Shown here one piece after another: positions 52,434-63,768 of a stretch of 64,000 nt of DNA (positions are counted from its first letter, which is position 1; each line of letters begins with the position of its first letter). The notes beneath the pieces are model-generated. The model did no database searches, was not told the DNA's origin, and worked only from the letters and a program-made list of their open reading frames with translations. Origin of the DNA: Terriglobia bacterium (GTDB taxonomy: Bacteria; Acidobacteriota; Terriglobia; Acidiferrales; UBA7541); the NCBI GenBank assembly GCA_041485165.1, contig JBGPJC010000003.1, forward strand, positions 17 through 64,016, in the 5' to 3' direction. Made by a program: the position numbers and the translations under genes.

Positions 52434-53747
52434 ATGCTTGCGCTCAAGTACGTGTTGTTGTTAGGCGGCTTCGGCCTGTTCATCGTGGCCGTGGCCATCG
52501 TGATGTTCGACATCTACCAGGAGGCCGAGCGCCGGCGTTTGTTGGCGCGCGGCGAGCTGACCGATCGACCGGCGCGGGTGATTCGCTGGCAACCTGCGGG
52601 GAAGCTGGCGCTGCTGGCATTGCTGCCGCTGGTCGCCAGCCAGGGCATCATCGTGGTACCCAGCGGGATGGCCGCGGTGCGGGTCAGCGAGTTCTCCGGG
52701 CCGCGTCCCGGAGCACTGTTTGCGGGCGCGCACCTGGTCTTCCCGCTGGTGGACAGCGTGGCGCTCTACGACGTGCGGGAAAACATGTTCAACACCCTGG
52801 CGTCTGAAGAGCAGGGCAAGAAAACCGAAGTGCTGAAAGTGCAGTCCAAGGAAGGCTTGATCATCGGCCTGGCCGTCGCCGTGCGCTACCGGCTGGACTC
52901 TCGCCGCCTCGACTACATTCACGGAAACCTTCCTCAGCCTATCGAGGAGCAGATCATCGCGCCGGTGGTCTCCAGCGCCTTCCGCCAGTTTGTTCCCAGT
53001 TACCTGGTGAGGGAAGTTTTCGCCAGCAAGCGTGAAGAGCTTCGCAAGCGCGCCTCCGACTTGATCGTCGCGCGGCTGGCCAGCGACGGCATCGAGGTGA
53101 AGGAAGTCATCCTGCGGGACACGCTTCTGCCGCCGGAGTACGCCAAGGGCCTCGAAAGCCTGTTGCTCAAGGAACAGGAGAGTGAGCGCCTGACGTTTGA
53201 CATCGAGATCAAGCAGAAACAGGTGCGCACCGCGGAGCTCGAGGCCGAAGCGCTGAAGGTCCGCCAGATTAAAGCGGCGGAAGGCCAGGCGGCCACGCGC
53301 ATTCTCCAGGCCAAGGGCGAATCGGAGGCCATGCAGTACACCCTGCCGCTCAAGCAGAAGCAGATCGAGCAGTCGCGGCTGGAGGCCGAAGCGCGCAAGG
53401 AGACCACGATAAAAAATGCTCAAGCCTCCGCCGAAGCCAAGGTAATTGACAGCCGGGCGGAACTCGAGCGGCTCAAGCTGCTGGCCGAGGCTGAGGGCAA
53501 CCGCATCCGGGTCACCGCCTCCGCCGATGCCGAACGGATGAAAATGGAGGCGCTGGTCCTGAAGCAGAACCCGCTCCTCATCCAGAAAATCATCGCCGAG
53601 CGGCTCTCCGATAAACTCCAGATCATGATGGTGCCTTCGGATGGAAAATACTTCTTCGCGAACGATGTCCTACGGGGTATGGGCAGCGCCATGCGTCCGG
53701 AGGAAAGGGAAGACCCGCCCGCACCGCGCCAGAAAGACCGTCCCTAA
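52434..53747 (+). CDS. SPFH/band-7 (prohibitin-like) protein with long coiled coil
   Basis: An N-terminal TM segment, an SPFH core, and an extended E/K/A/Q-rich coiled coil. Confidence 0.88.
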   Translation: MLALKYVLLLGGFGLFIVAVAIVMFDIYQEAERRRLLARGELTDRPARVIRWQPAGKLALLALLPLVASQGIIVVPSGMAAVRVSEFSGPRPGALFAGAHLVFPLVDSVALYDVRENMFNTLASEEQGKKTEVLKVQSKEGLIIGLAVAVRYRLDSRRLDYIHGNLPQPIEEQIIAPVVSSAFRQFVPSYLVREVFASKREELRKRASDLIVARLASDGIEVKEVILRDTLLPPEYAKGLESLLLKEQESERLTFDIEIKQKQVRTAELEAEALKVRQIKAAEGQAATRILQAKGESEAMQYTLPLKQKQIEQSRLEAEARKETTIKNAQASAEAKVIDSRAELERLKLLAEAEGNRIRVTASADAERMKMEALVLKQNPLLIQKIIAERLSDKLQIMMVPSDGKYFFANDVLRGMGSAMRPEEREDPPAPRQKDRP

Positions 53748-54201
53748 GTTTCTGCCGGCAGACCGCCTCCGGGTGGCTCCGCTCCTCCGCCGCAGGCCCC
53801 ATGCGGGCCTCATGGAACCACCCGGAAGGCGGGAACACCGATGAGTGCTCTCCCGCCGGGGTAGTGGGCCAATCTCCGGATAACGCGTTATATGTCCAGT
53901 TGAAAGTGATTCGCCAAAACTTCCCACAAGGGCGTTTATCAGGACTTGACCATCAGGAGTAGGATTGGCTTATAAACGAGATCATCTGCGATCCTCAAGA
54001 ACCGTTGGCCTTACTGCCGTGTTGCGTCTTGGCGAACCACGCGAGTAAGATGCATCGTGCTGATTGCGGATGACGACTCTGGGATCTTTGACCGGGGCCG
54101 AGAATTCAAGCGAAGCCCAGCAGCTCTGACGTGACCCCCTTCAATGATTCCCGATGCCCGAATTATCTGCATATTCGGCGATCTCAACTTAGGAGACTAC
54201 G

Positions 54202-54897
54202 ATGGCTAAGAACATTGTTTTAGTCCACGGTGGCTTTGTGGATGGCGCTGGCTGGGAGGGCGTCTACAAGATCCTGAAGAGGGACGGCTACAATGTCAGC
54301 ATCGTCCAGAATCCTACGATATCGCTGGACGACGACGTAGCAGTTACCAAACGAATTCTTGCAGCGCAGGACGGACCTGCAATTCTCGTCGGCCACTCCT
54401 ATGGAGGGGCGGTGATCACTGAAGCCGGAAACGATTCAAAGGTTGCAGGGCTCGTGTACATCACCGCGTTCGCTCCGGACAAGGGCGAGTCCGTGGCCAC
54501 GCTTATTAAGGATCCGCCGCCCGGCGCCGCCGTACCGCCGATACTGCCGCCGCAAGACGGCTATTTGTTCCTCGACAAGGCGAAGTTTCCCGCCTCTTTC
54601 GCGACCGATGTAGACGCAGAAAAAGCCGCGTTCATGGCCGACTCCCAAGTCCCGTGGGGCGTGGCGGCTCTTAGTGGCACTATTAGCGAACCGGCGTGGA
54701 GGGCCAAACCTAGCTGGTACCTGATCGCCACCGACGACAGGATGATCCCACCTGACGCCCAGCGTGCGATGTCCAAGCGGGCGGGCGCCACGGTCGTTGA
54801 GGTCAAGGGCAGCCACGCCATCTATGTATCGCAGCCTGGGGCCGTCGCAAAGCTTATCGAGGAGGCCGCCAGAGGCGCGAAGGCGACAGCGAAGTAA
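54202..54897 (+). CDS. alpha/beta hydrolase
   Basis: IVLVHGGFVDGAGW...LVGHSYGG is the nucleophile elbow GHSxG. A late His in GSHAIYVSQP completes the pattern. Confidence 0.85.
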   Translation: MAKNIVLVHGGFVDGAGWEGVYKILKRDGYNVSIVQNPTISLDDDVAVTKRILAAQDGPAILVGHSYGGAVITEAGNDSKVAGLVYITAFAPDKGESVATLIKDPPPGAAVPPILPPQDGYLFLDKAKFPASFATDVDAEKAAFMADSQVPWGVAALSGTISEPAWRAKPSWYLIATDDRMIPPDAQRAMSKRAGATVVEVKGSHAIYVSQPGAVAKLIEEAARGAKATAK

Positions 54898-55050
54898 ATC
54901 CCCAGGGGGCTGGCCCGCCCTTCCTCAGTTTTTCTTGGGTGGGTTGCTCACATTTCTGATCACGTACAAACCTGGAGTCAGGAGCGTCTTATGCTCACGC
55001 CTTGTGCGCGAGGCGGTGTTTTGGCGCGCGTCCTTCGTAGTCGCGTGGTA

Positions 55051-55211
55051 GGCTAACTCCCGAGAAGTCGGCTTGTAGGAAGTGATCTCCGCGCTTGGCA
55101 TCGACTCTGGACGGATTACGGCGTAATCGGAAGTTATTCCGGGCCAGAAGTCCCGATCTGGGACGTCACCGTGGCTTCGATGACCCTATTTCACTTTGAC
55201 GTATAGTCGGC
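55051..55211 (+). repeat. intergenic repeat, type 1 (copy A1)
   Basis: It starts GGCTAACTCCCGAGAAGTCGGC and ends CACTTTGACGTATAGTCGGC. Both ends are shared with the copy at 60522-60659. Confidence 0.5.
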
Positions 55212-55457
55212 GAACCGAAAAGTGACCCACTACCTGCCGAAGCTGCGCGTTCACCCTGCGAGGCATTGCGATTAATGTGTAAGCAGAGGAGAAGTACAGG
55301 GTGACGCAAAGGCTGCGCAGAGCCCTGCGCACGATCCTCCGCCCCCCGGGTCCGCAATCCGGCTGGAGGTACTCAGGAGCCCTAAGGGACCGGGAAGAAT
55401 GGAAAGTACAAGACTGTTTCGCGGCCTGCTTTTCGGGGAATTCTGCCGAAGGGTACC

Positions 55458-55523
55458 GGGTCAATTTCGGAGCAGCGCGTTATACGGCCGAGGGGATTGC
55501 TTCCGGGTGCGCCGTCATCTGCC
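55458..55523 (+). repeat. intergenic repeat, type 2 (copy A2, GCGTTATAC core)
   Basis: GGGTCAATTTCGGAGCAGCGCGTTATACGGCCGAGG...CGCCGTCAT aligns with 59622-59687. The upstream half of that copy (GCCCCCCGGGTCCGC) also recurs at 55341-55355. Confidence 0.5.
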
Positions 55524-55731
55524 CGCAGTCAGTGGCAAGCACCTTCCAACTTCTCACGAAGGGAGTTCACTTCTCAGAGAGCGTCGAGCCGCGGTCGCAA
55601 CCAGAGCATTCAACCCACCAGGAGAGGGCTATGGGTATGGAGAGGATTGCGAGTTGCTTAATGCACCCCTCTGGTACTAGAATCGCCCGCACCAATTAGG
55701 CCCACAATCTGGTTCTCAATCAGGAGGGGAC

Positions 55732-56196
55732 ATGAAGGCAAGAACGATCGTGCTGACTCTGGCTCTGTGCTTTGTTGGAGTCGCAGTGTGCTTCGCTGCC
55801 GACGCACAGATGGGCACCTGGAAGGTGAACGAGACCAAGTCCAAGTTCAGCTCCGGGGCGCCGAAAAACACCACGGTTGTCTACGCGGCCGCGGGCGACA
55901 ACGTGAAAGTCACGGTGGATGGCATCGACGGCGACGGTAAACCGATACACCACGAGTGGACGGGCAAGTACGATGGCAAAGACTATCCGGTGACCGGCGA
56001 TCCGAACTCAGACGCGCGGTCGACCACGAAGGTCAACGACCGTACGTTGACGTGGGCCGCCAAGAAGAACGGCAAGGTCTTTCTTACCGGTCGCATTGTC
56101 TTGGCGGCTGACGGTAAAAGCCGTACGGTCACCGCGAGCGGAACCGATCCGAAGGGCAATAAGGTCAGCTGGACCGCGGTGTACGACAAGCAGTAG
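55732..56196 (+). CDS. secreted hypothetical protein (small beta-rich domain)
   Basis: A signal peptide ...CFAADAQ is followed by MGTWKVNETKSKF. AGGAGGGGA lies upstream of the ATG. Confidence 0.6.
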   Translation: MKARTIVLTLALCFVGVAVCFAADAQMGTWKVNETKSKFSSGAPKNTTVVYAAAGDNVKVTVDGIDGDGKPIHHEWTGKYDGKDYPVTGDPNSDARSTTKVNDRTLTWAAKKNGKVFLTGRIVLAADGKSRTVTASGTDPKGNKVSWTAVYDKQ

Positions 56197-56594
56197 TGGG
56201 AACTCCCTGTGCTGCGTTGACGTCAAGACGAAGTTCTGGACGAATCGTCGGCTATTCGGGAATTATCGCCGGACCTGATTGGGCCGGCGGTCACATGGGC
56301 GTATAGATGCTGCACGAATATTTGGCCCATCCCTCCTGAAGGATCTGTCTGGGAGTGAATCGGGGAAGGGAATTCGGGCGTGGCCGAGTGTTGGCGTCGC
56401 CAGTGGTCAGTTGTCATGCAGAGCCGCCGCAGGCGACCGCGTCGCGATCGCGCGCCGCGTGAATCTCAGCCTGGCGGCTATTCTTCACCAAGTAAGCCGT
56501 TTAGTGCTCCCCGTTGTCAAGACAGAATTTAATGATGTTTAAGAGTAAGTCTTTTTGCCGTTGACGTTTCGTCGCGCGATTTTTTAATTTCACT

Positions 56595-56654
56595 TTATGC
56601 CGCTTCATAAACTTCCAGCGGCGTTTTGTAATCCAGCGACTGATGTTGCCGCTT
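56595..56654 (-). mobile_element. C-terminal remnant of an rve-integrase-type (IS3/IS481-like) transposase gene
   Basis: My minus-strand translation is ...KRQHQSLDYKTPLEVYEAA*, which resembles the conserved transposase tail (R/K)PH.sLgy.TP.e. Similarity is lost immediately upstream, where the aldo/keto reductase gene ends. Confidence 0.5.
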
Positions 56655-56664
56655 CGTGGCGTGG

Positions 56665-57642
<978 letters not shown>

Positions 57643-57772
57643 GGCAATATGTCTCCTTTCTTTGAATGATTGCGGCCGCGGCTTCACCAGCTAGGCGGTC
57701 TCATCGACATCGGCGTGAACCGCCTATCCGCCCGAGCATGCATGGCACACCCCCATCGACTCGCGATTCGCG

Positions 57773-58723
57773 TTATCCCTTTAAGCGGGGTCGCGGATGC
57801 TGCATGAAGAACTCCCACATCACGCTGGTGGCGTTGATTTCACGCGTCGTGCGGCCAACCAACCATTCCGGCAAGGGCTTGCCGCCCGGCCAGGTATGGC
57901 CACCGCCCTCGACTGAATAGAGAATCACGTCCGCATTCTCAGCGCAGTTCGCATAGGCGAGACGGCGAACGCTCGCAGTGATTCGAGTGTCGCTGGGGTC
58001 TCCCTTACATTGGTTTCGTCGCTCGACACGGGCCGTCCAATCCTGAATATCCGGAAACAGTCCGGGGGAGATCGGCGATGACCCGCCGTTGTAGGGGGCA
58101 AGTGGGTCGGCCGTGCCATGAAACGCCACCGTCGCCACCGGCCTGGAATCCCCACACCGATCCACGGGCAAAAACGCTTGTGCAGCCGCCACGGCGCCGA
58201 CCGCCGCGATGCGGTCGGACAGTCTGCACGACAACGCGAACGCCATGCCCCCACCATTCGACAGTCCGTCCGCATAGATACGCGTTGGATCGATGTTGTA
58301 CTCAGCTTGCAGCTCGTCGATCAAATCGGAAATAAAGCTGACGTCCCGTCCCAGACTGCGTGGCCCCATGTGCCAGGCTTGTGGACCTGGGCGGAATCCA
58401 CCCCAAAAGGCGCCGCTTCCAGCCGGGTAAACGACAAGGAAGCCGTGCTCATCGGCCACCTCGTTCCAACGGCTTATGTGCATTTCAACCGCAGGCCATG
58501 TCCCCCTGCCGTGCATGCTGATGACCAATGGCGTTGGCTTCGACCGATCGTAGGTTTTTGGCACGTACAGCAGGTATCGGCGCGTCACACCCGACGAGAT
58601 AATGGTTCCATTGGTCTTATCCTCGATGGAAGTCCACGCCAAAACCATCACTAAGAGCGCCACCGGAAGGCCGATGACGATCGTCAGTACACCGAGGATG
58701 ATCTTTTTCCTTTTACTTTTCAT
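57773..58723 (-). CDS. PHB-depolymerase-family esterase (LpqC-like), membrane-anchored or secreted
   Basis: An N-terminal TM segment is followed by RRYLLYVPKTYD...PLVISMHG...IYADGLSNGGGMAFAL (GxSxG). Confidence 0.8.
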   Translation of the reverse strand: MKSKRKKIILGVLTIVIGLPVALLVMVLAWTSIEDKTNGTIISSGVTRRYLLYVPKTYDRSKPTPLVISMHGRGTWPAVEMHISRWNEVADEHGFLVVYPAGSGAFWGGFRPGPQAWHMGPRSLGRDVSFISDLIDELQAEYNIDPTRIYADGLSNGGGMAFALSCRLSDRIAAVGAVAAAQAFLPVDRCGDSRPVATVAFHGTADPLAPYNGGSSPISPGLFPDIQDWTARVERRNQCKGDPSDTRITASVRRLAYANCAENADVILYSVEGGGHTWPGGKPLPEWLVGRTTREINATSVMWEFFMQHPRPRLKG

Positions 58724-58960
58724 GTCTGGACTGGAATTTCCGATTTCAGTTTTGCGGTTGTACACTGGGCGCCTTCTTTATCAAGGCCAGGTCGCAATGG
58801 CGGCGCTTGAGGGTCCCCTTCCGCTTCGCGTGGCGTAGTCATTGTAGCTCGATTCCTCATGGTTTCAAGCCGCCCCCTGCCCAGGGAAATATTATCTTGA
58901 ACATATTTTCGCGCGGTGCTCTGATGCGTTGACGTTGGAAGGCAAGAATTCGGGAGGACG

Positions 58961-59527
58961 ATGATGAGCGATAGAATTAATTTGGCAGCGCTGACCAATG
59001 GCCCCACGCGTCGGCAAGCGATCGTCGGAGTGGCCATGGCATGCGGTGGTTTGGCCCTGGGCTCAACTGCGGCTTGGGCGGGAGCCGAGGAGGAGATTTC
59101 TCATACGGCGGAATCCATTCACCAAGAAACTGTTTTCAAAGCGAGCCGGAAGCGGGTTTACGAAGCACTCACCGACACCAAACAGTTCGACAAGGTCATC
59201 GAGCTCAGTGGAGTCATGAAGTCCATGCCCCCGGGAGGCAAGCCCACGGAGATCAGTAGGGAAGTGGGAGGCGCGTTCGCACTCTTCGGCGGGTATGTCA
59301 CGGGACGACACATCGAACTCGTGCCGAACGAACGCATCGTCCAAGCCTGGCGAGCGGGCAGCTGGGATCGCGGCGTCTACTCGATTGCGAAGTTCGAGCT
59401 CGTGGAGCAGGGCTCCGGCACCAAGATCGTCTTTGACCATACCGGCTTTCCCAAGGGCGCGGGGGAACACCTGGCGGCGGGATGGAAAGCCCACTATTGG
59501 GAGCCGCTCGGGAAATTCCTGTCTTAG
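58961..59527 (+). CDS. SRPBCC/AHSA1-family protein with Tat-type signal
   Basis: RRQAIVGVAMACGGLALGSTAAWA is the Tat-type signal, followed by an Aha1-like domain (RVYEALTD...GGAFALFGGYVTGRHIELVPNERIVQAWR). Confidence 0.78.
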   Translation: MMSDRINLAALTNGPTRRQAIVGVAMACGGLALGSTAAWAGAEEEISHTAESIHQETVFKASRKRVYEALTDTKQFDKVIELSGVMKSMPPGGKPTEISREVGGAFALFGGYVTGRHIELVPNERIVQAWRAGSWDRGVYSIAKFELVEQGSGTKIVFDHTGFPKGAGEHLAAGWKAHYWEPLGKFLS

Positions 59528-59593
59528 GCGCCACGCGCGAGGATCGTTTTGTAACGCCCCGCGCGTCCGGCATGGAGGGGAGCGCGAGGAATT

Positions 59594-59687
59594 GCGCCCC
59601 CCGGGTCCGCCATAGGGAACTGGGTCAGTTTCGGAGTGATGCGTTATACAGACAAGTGCATTATTTCCGAGTACGCCGTCACTCGGG
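59594..59687 (+). repeat. intergenic repeat, type 2 (copy B)
   Basis: GCGCCCCCCGGGTCCGCC...GGGTCAGTTTCGGAGTGATGCGTTATACAGAC...CGCCGTCAC. See the copy at 55458-55523. Confidence 0.5.
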
Positions 59688-59863
59688 CCTCGCTAGAGGT
59701 AATCGAGCATATAATCCAATGTTTTGATAGGCCCGGAACCAACTGGACTTCTGAAGAGCCGTCGATTACGCTTCCGGTATGACTTCAGATCAAGGCTGTC
59801 GGCATAAGATCGCTGCGCCATTTGGCGGTAAATCGGCAAAGCTGACGCCGGTTCCTAGCTCGT

Positions 59864-60427
59864 ATGAATGAAATTCTTCGTTTTCAATCATCCTCCAAGT
59901 TCAGCAAGTGGTTGGCTGTGAATCATCGCCAATCAGATGGGATTTGGCTGCGCATTTTCAAAAAGGACTCGGGAGAGCCCACCGTCACCTATGCACAGGC
60001 GCTGGATGAGGCGCTCTGCTTTGGATGGATCGACGCCCAAAAGCAGCGCTATGATGACTCTTCGTGGCTGCAAAGGTTCACCCAAAGACGCCCCAAGAGT
60101 GGCTGGTCCAAGATCAACACGCAACACGCGGAAAGGCTAATGCAGCTGGGCCGGATGAAGCCGGCAGGTCAGGCCCAAATAGATGCCGCGAAGAAGGATG
60201 GCCGTTGGACAGCGGCATACAATTCCCCAAGCAACGCAACCTTTCCTGAGGATTTTCTGGTGACATTGCGCAGAAACAAAAAAGCGAAAGCGTTCTTCGA
60301 GTCACTCAACAAGGCAAACCGCTATGCTATTGCCTACCGGCTGCAAACGGCGAAGAAGCCGGAAACGAAGCAGAGGCGGATGGAAATGATTCTAGCGATG
60401 CTAGCCAGAGGCGAGGCGTTTCATTAG
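59864..60427 (+). CDS. YdeI/OmpD-associated family protein
   Basis: FQSSSKFSKWLAVNH....GIWLRIFKK......TYAQALDEALCFGWID...R.D...W.QRFT.RR..S.WS..N is the typical family pattern. Confidence 0.85.
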   Translation: MNEILRFQSSSKFSKWLAVNHRQSDGIWLRIFKKDSGEPTVTYAQALDEALCFGWIDAQKQRYDDSSWLQRFTQRRPKSGWSKINTQHAERLMQLGRMKPAGQAQIDAAKKDGRWTAAYNSPSNATFPEDFLVTLRRNKKAKAFFESLNKANRYAIAYRLQTAKKPETKQRRMEMILAMLARGEAFH

Positions 60428-60521
60428 TTGCGTTTGAGATCCCGCGCACGGAACCGTCTCATCCATCCGAACAAGCCAATCAGTGACTCCATTCGTTCAT
60501 CTACCCACCCTGTTAGGGGCG

Positions 60522-60659
60522 GGCTAACTCCTGATAAGTCGCCAATCCGGAAGTTGGGTTGGCACCGTCGCCAAGTTCCGAGTGCGCCGCCATCCAGGCA
60601 CAATTCCGAGATGCGCCGCTAATCGGCGGCGAAGGAGGTCACTTCTACGTGTAGCCGAC
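60522..60659 (+). repeat. intergenic repeat, type 1 (copy C)
   Basis: It starts GGCTAACTCCTGATAAGTCGCC and ends CACTTCTACGTGTAGCCGAC. An internal hairpin is CGGAAGTTGG/CCAAGTTCCG. Confidence 0.5.
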
Positions 60660-60781
60660 TTTACGTCCATCTGGACGAGGGGGCCTCCAGGGAAGCGCAA
60701 TATCGGTTGCTCTCTTGAAGGGGCCTTTTTGTTGCTGGTGTTGAGCTATGGGCTCATACTTCGGTGTTGGTGGAGGCGTTC

Positions 60782-61321
60782 ATGACAAGCGGACAGGCTG
60801 GAATTGGGCGAGGTGCAGATCGTGGTGCGCATTGGCCGACAACAGTCGCCTCGCTGGCCGTGGGCGCTGCAGTCCTTGCGCTGTGGTTCTGGTTGTTGCC
60901 GTCCTGGCTGGGCTTTCACGTTGACACTGCGGGTGCGGCGCGATGGCGCTGGATTGCGGCCGTGCCCTCGGTGCTGGGTTTCGCGGTGGCACTACGGTGC
61001 GTGTGGGACTTCGGACGGACGGGACACGGAACGCCGGCGCCGGTTGCTCCGCCGAAGAGGCTGGTTGTGGTGGGGTTCTATCGCTACGTCCGCAACCCCA
61101 TGTACTTGGGGTTCTTCGCGGGCTGGGCGGGGCTGTGGGTGGTCTTTGGGCGGGCGAACCTGGCGGCACTCACGGTGGCGATCGTGGCCGTGGTGGGCAC
61201 AGCTTTGTTTGTGCTGCTGTACGAAGAGCCAACGCTGCGAAGGATGTTCGGCGCGGAGTATGAAGAATACTGCAGGAATGTTCCGCGGTGGATCCCGCGA
61301 AGGCGCGCCTGGGGCCAATGA
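60782..61321 (+). CDS. isoprenylcysteine carboxyl methyltransferase (ICMT/PEMT-like) family membrane protein
   Basis: LVVVGFYRYVRNPMYLGFFAGWAGLWVVFG...LLYEEPTLRRMFGAEYEEY is the ICMT-family motif. Confidence 0.8.
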   Translation: MTSGQAGIGRGADRGAHWPTTVASLAVGAAVLALWFWLLPSWLGFHVDTAGAARWRWIAAVPSVLGFAVALRCVWDFGRTGHGTPAPVAPPKRLVVVGFYRYVRNPMYLGFFAGWAGLWVVFGRANLAALTVAIVAVVGTALFVLLYEEPTLRRMFGAEYEEYCRNVPRWIPRRRAWGQ

Positions 61322-61388
61322 GACGGTCTTGAGCGAACACAGCTATCAAAAGTCGACTTCATGTCAAATGCGCGTCGCTCACTTGGCC

Positions 61389-61462
61389 GTATAACGGGCA
61401 AACCGGAGAAGTCGGATCACCCTCGCATGCGACCAGGTAGATGTCCGGTTTGCCAACTATAC
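61389..61462. repeat. 74-bp imperfect palindrome related to the type 2 repeat core (copy D)
   Basis: The arms are GTATAACGGGCAAACCGG (61389-61406) and CCGGTTTGCCAACTATAC (61445-61462), complementary at 14 of 18 positions. The reverse complement of the left arm, extended into its flank (61385-61399), reads CGTTATACGGCCAAG, which matches CGTTATACGGCCGAG in copy A2 at all but one position. Confidence 0.55.
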
Positions 61463-61541
61463 GTCCACTGCAAATTCCCACCACTGGGCTTGACTGCAAA
61501 CCTACCTTTTGCCCTCTCAAGTTAGATATAATTCAGCGGAT

Positions 61542-61964
61542 ATGAAGCGCCCGCTGCTGTTAATACTGGTGTTCGTGACCATTGCCGTGTCTGTGCTTGG
61601 CATTCGCTACGCGCTGAAGAAAAATGCGAAAAGAAACCGCGAAGCTAGCTATCAGGTCGCTCTGGCTTCATATCGTCAACCTCTCAGACCAGGAATGACT
61701 CGGAAGGAAGTCGAGGATTATCTTCGAGCGAAGAACATCCCGTTCAGTCAGATGTGTTGTGTAGAAGATTTTTCCAAGCATTCGTGGGACGACCTGACAA
61801 AAATTGGCGCAGAGGACACCCCGTGGTTCTGCGGTGAGTACAATGTCTATGTGGCCTTCCAATTTACTGACCACAAAGAACAACACGAGAGGTGGTGGCG
61901 GGGCAATAATTTGGACACGTTGAAGTCCATCACCATATACAATAAGCTCGAGAACTGCCTCTAG
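61542..61964 (+). CDS. hypothetical protein with N-terminal TM/signal anchor (A/T-rich gene)
   Basis: MKRPLLLILVFVTIAVSVLG is followed by a hydrophilic domain. The composition is visibly more A/T-rich than the neighbours. Confidence 0.5.
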   Translation: MKRPLLLILVFVTIAVSVLGIRYALKKNAKRNREASYQVALASYRQPLRPGMTRKEVEDYLRAKNIPFSQMCCVEDFSKHSWDDLTKIGAEDTPWFCGEYNVYVAFQFTDHKEQHERWWRGNNLDTLKSITIYNKLENCL

Positions 61965-62095
61965 GGCTCGACATAATTGTCGAAGAAAGTCGCCGTTCAC
62001 CGCTTAACTTGGCGGACGTATAACGGACAATTCGTACATGCGGCAAGCCGGATTGCGCCGTTCATCGGCGCGCAGGGGATCCGTCGAGAGGGAAT

Positions 62096-63766
62096 TCAGG
62101 CGCGTTTGTGTCGCAGAAAGCCGCGAAACAGCAAGAAAACAGCCAGGGCGAGAAGGGTGTAAGTAGAAACCTGCCACAAGTGGTAGGGCGTAAAGGGATC
62201 GAATAAAGGGCCAAGGGTGGTGGATAGAAGGAACAGTCCTTCAAAGTGCATGGTATGCCAGGCGGCAGATGCCGAGCCGACGCTGTGGGCTGAGCGGAGG
62301 ATGCTAGCAAAGGGTTGAAAAGCCCATAGCAGAGCGATGCAGGCTGCGAGCAATGCTACCGGAGCCCAGTCCACGGCGAGACAAATTGCTCCGCGCAATC
62401 GTAGCCGGCGGTTGCTCTGTTTTTCGCGCCGTAGTTCCAGTGCGAGAAGGCTAAAAGCTGTTGCGAGCGACAAGAGCACGGCGAAAACTGCGGAGAACTG
62501 AACGAAAATGGCTCTGCGTTCCAGCTTGCGAACTTGCGGTGGTTTGATGCCGCGGAAAGAATGAATGAGAGTATCCCTGCGGGAGTCAATTTGCTGCAGG
62601 CGTTGGGTGGCTACCATACTCTCACTCGTCTTGCCGGCGCTCAGATAAACATTTCGGAGTTCGCTTGCGGCTTGCCAGGAGAGTTTGAGACCCATCAACC
62701 TCTCAGAGTCGGTTTCACTTTGTTCGGTGAGGCGGCGTCCGAAGGAATCCAATTGTTGGAGCAGATTCTCCGCATCCTTCGGATGACCGGCTACGGAGGC
62801 TTCCTGGGCATTCTGCACCAGGACGTTCGCATAAGTCTTGATGGAGAGCCAGTCCGGAAGCGAGTGGGACCAGAGGCTGAAGAAAGCAACGGAAGGGGAA
62901 AGAGACTGCTCGCGATTCCACACTTCGCGGGTGAGTTCGCAGTGGCGGGTGAAGTAGCTGTCGTAGCGAGGAGCGCGGAAAGCGCGGTCCATATGGGCGA
63001 TCCAGGTGGAGTCGGAAGCGAGAGCCGCCTCGATCTCCTGGTCTGACGGGGTACGGCGCAAAATGAGCGCCCGGAAACGAGGCTCGGAGATGACACGAGC
63101 GGCAAGAAGTTCGGGGACGGCGTTGTCATGGTCGGATTCGAGCAGACGGGCAAGACCTTCTTTGGGCGGAGGGGCGAATTCGGGACGTCCCACCCGGCTG
63201 GCGTAGATCCAGGCGAGAGTGGGGTCGAGAGCAACGGCGCGGTCCGCGAAAGTCGTGGCGCGGTCTGAATGAGGAAGGACAAAAGAAACGAAGGCGAGGG
63301 TGCGGGCGTCTTTCTCCTTCTCGGCGCGAGCGCCAAGATTTTCGACAGCAAGGAGATCTCCGGGGGAAGCTGAAAACCCATGCCAGCTGGCACGCACGGT
63401 GGAGATGGCTTCACGGCTTTGCGGAAGAAAAAGCAACAGGGTCGTACCGACCAGGACCGCGGCGGTGAAGAGACGCGAACGCTTGGGAAGAAGGGGAGCG
63501 GTGGTTCCCGGAGGAAGGGAAGTTGGGGAAAGGCGCGAGCCTGCCGGGAGCTTCAGCCAAGCCAGGAAGTGAGAAGCAGAGGCGCGCGCGAAGAGCATGA
63601 GTCCTCCTACTGCCCAGTGAAGGGCCTCGAACGGCTGTTCAATTTCATCGAGTTCAGCAGCGAGGGCTTGGCCCCAGTGACGCGATTTCTCGGGCCAAAG
63701 ACGAAGTGCGAGCTGGAGGGCGAAATGGGCGAGCCGGAAGGTCAACGATGGCTGGGGCGCGGTCAT
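62096..63766 (-). CDS. membrane protein coupled to a PadR regulator (function unknown)
   Basis: The ATG at 63766 lies 2 nt after the PadR stop. TM segments occur at the N-terminus and in the last ~170 aa, with a large central soluble region. The ORF-track N-terminal extension to 63922 overlaps PadR in another frame and is discounted. Confidence 0.6.
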   Translation of the reverse strand: MTAPQPSLTFRLAHFALQLALRLWPEKSRHWGQALAAELDEIEQPFEALHWAVGGLMLFARASASHFLAWLKLPAGSRLSPTSLPPGTTAPLLPKRSRLFTAAVLVGTTLLLFLPQSREAISTVRASWHGFSASPGDLLAVENLGARAEKEKDARTLAFVSFVLPHSDRATTFADRAVALDPTLAWIYASRVGRPEFAPPPKEGLARLLESDHDNAVPELLAARVISEPRFRALILRRTPSDQEIEAALASDSTWIAHMDRAFRAPRYDSYFTRHCELTREVWNREQSLSPSVAFFSLWSHSLPDWLSIKTYANVLVQNAQEASVAGHPKDAENLLQQLDSFGRRLTEQSETDSERLMGLKLSWQAASELRNVYLSAGKTSESMVATQRLQQIDSRRDTLIHSFRGIKPPQVRKLERRAIFVQFSAVFAVLLSLATAFSLLALELRREKQSNRRLRLRGAICLAVDWAPVALLAACIALLWAFQPFASILRSAHSVGSASAAWHTMHFEGLFLLSTTLGPLFDPFTPYHLWQVSTYTLLALAVFLLFRGFLRHKRA

Positions 63767-63768
63767 AG

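Noticed and set aside
54900-55730. ORFs of 92-132 aa in the 830-bp gap after the alpha/beta hydrolase gene
   Set aside because: They are built largely from the intergenic repeat copies and have no RBS or family signal. The region is better explained as repeat-derived non-coding DNA or a decayed cassette.
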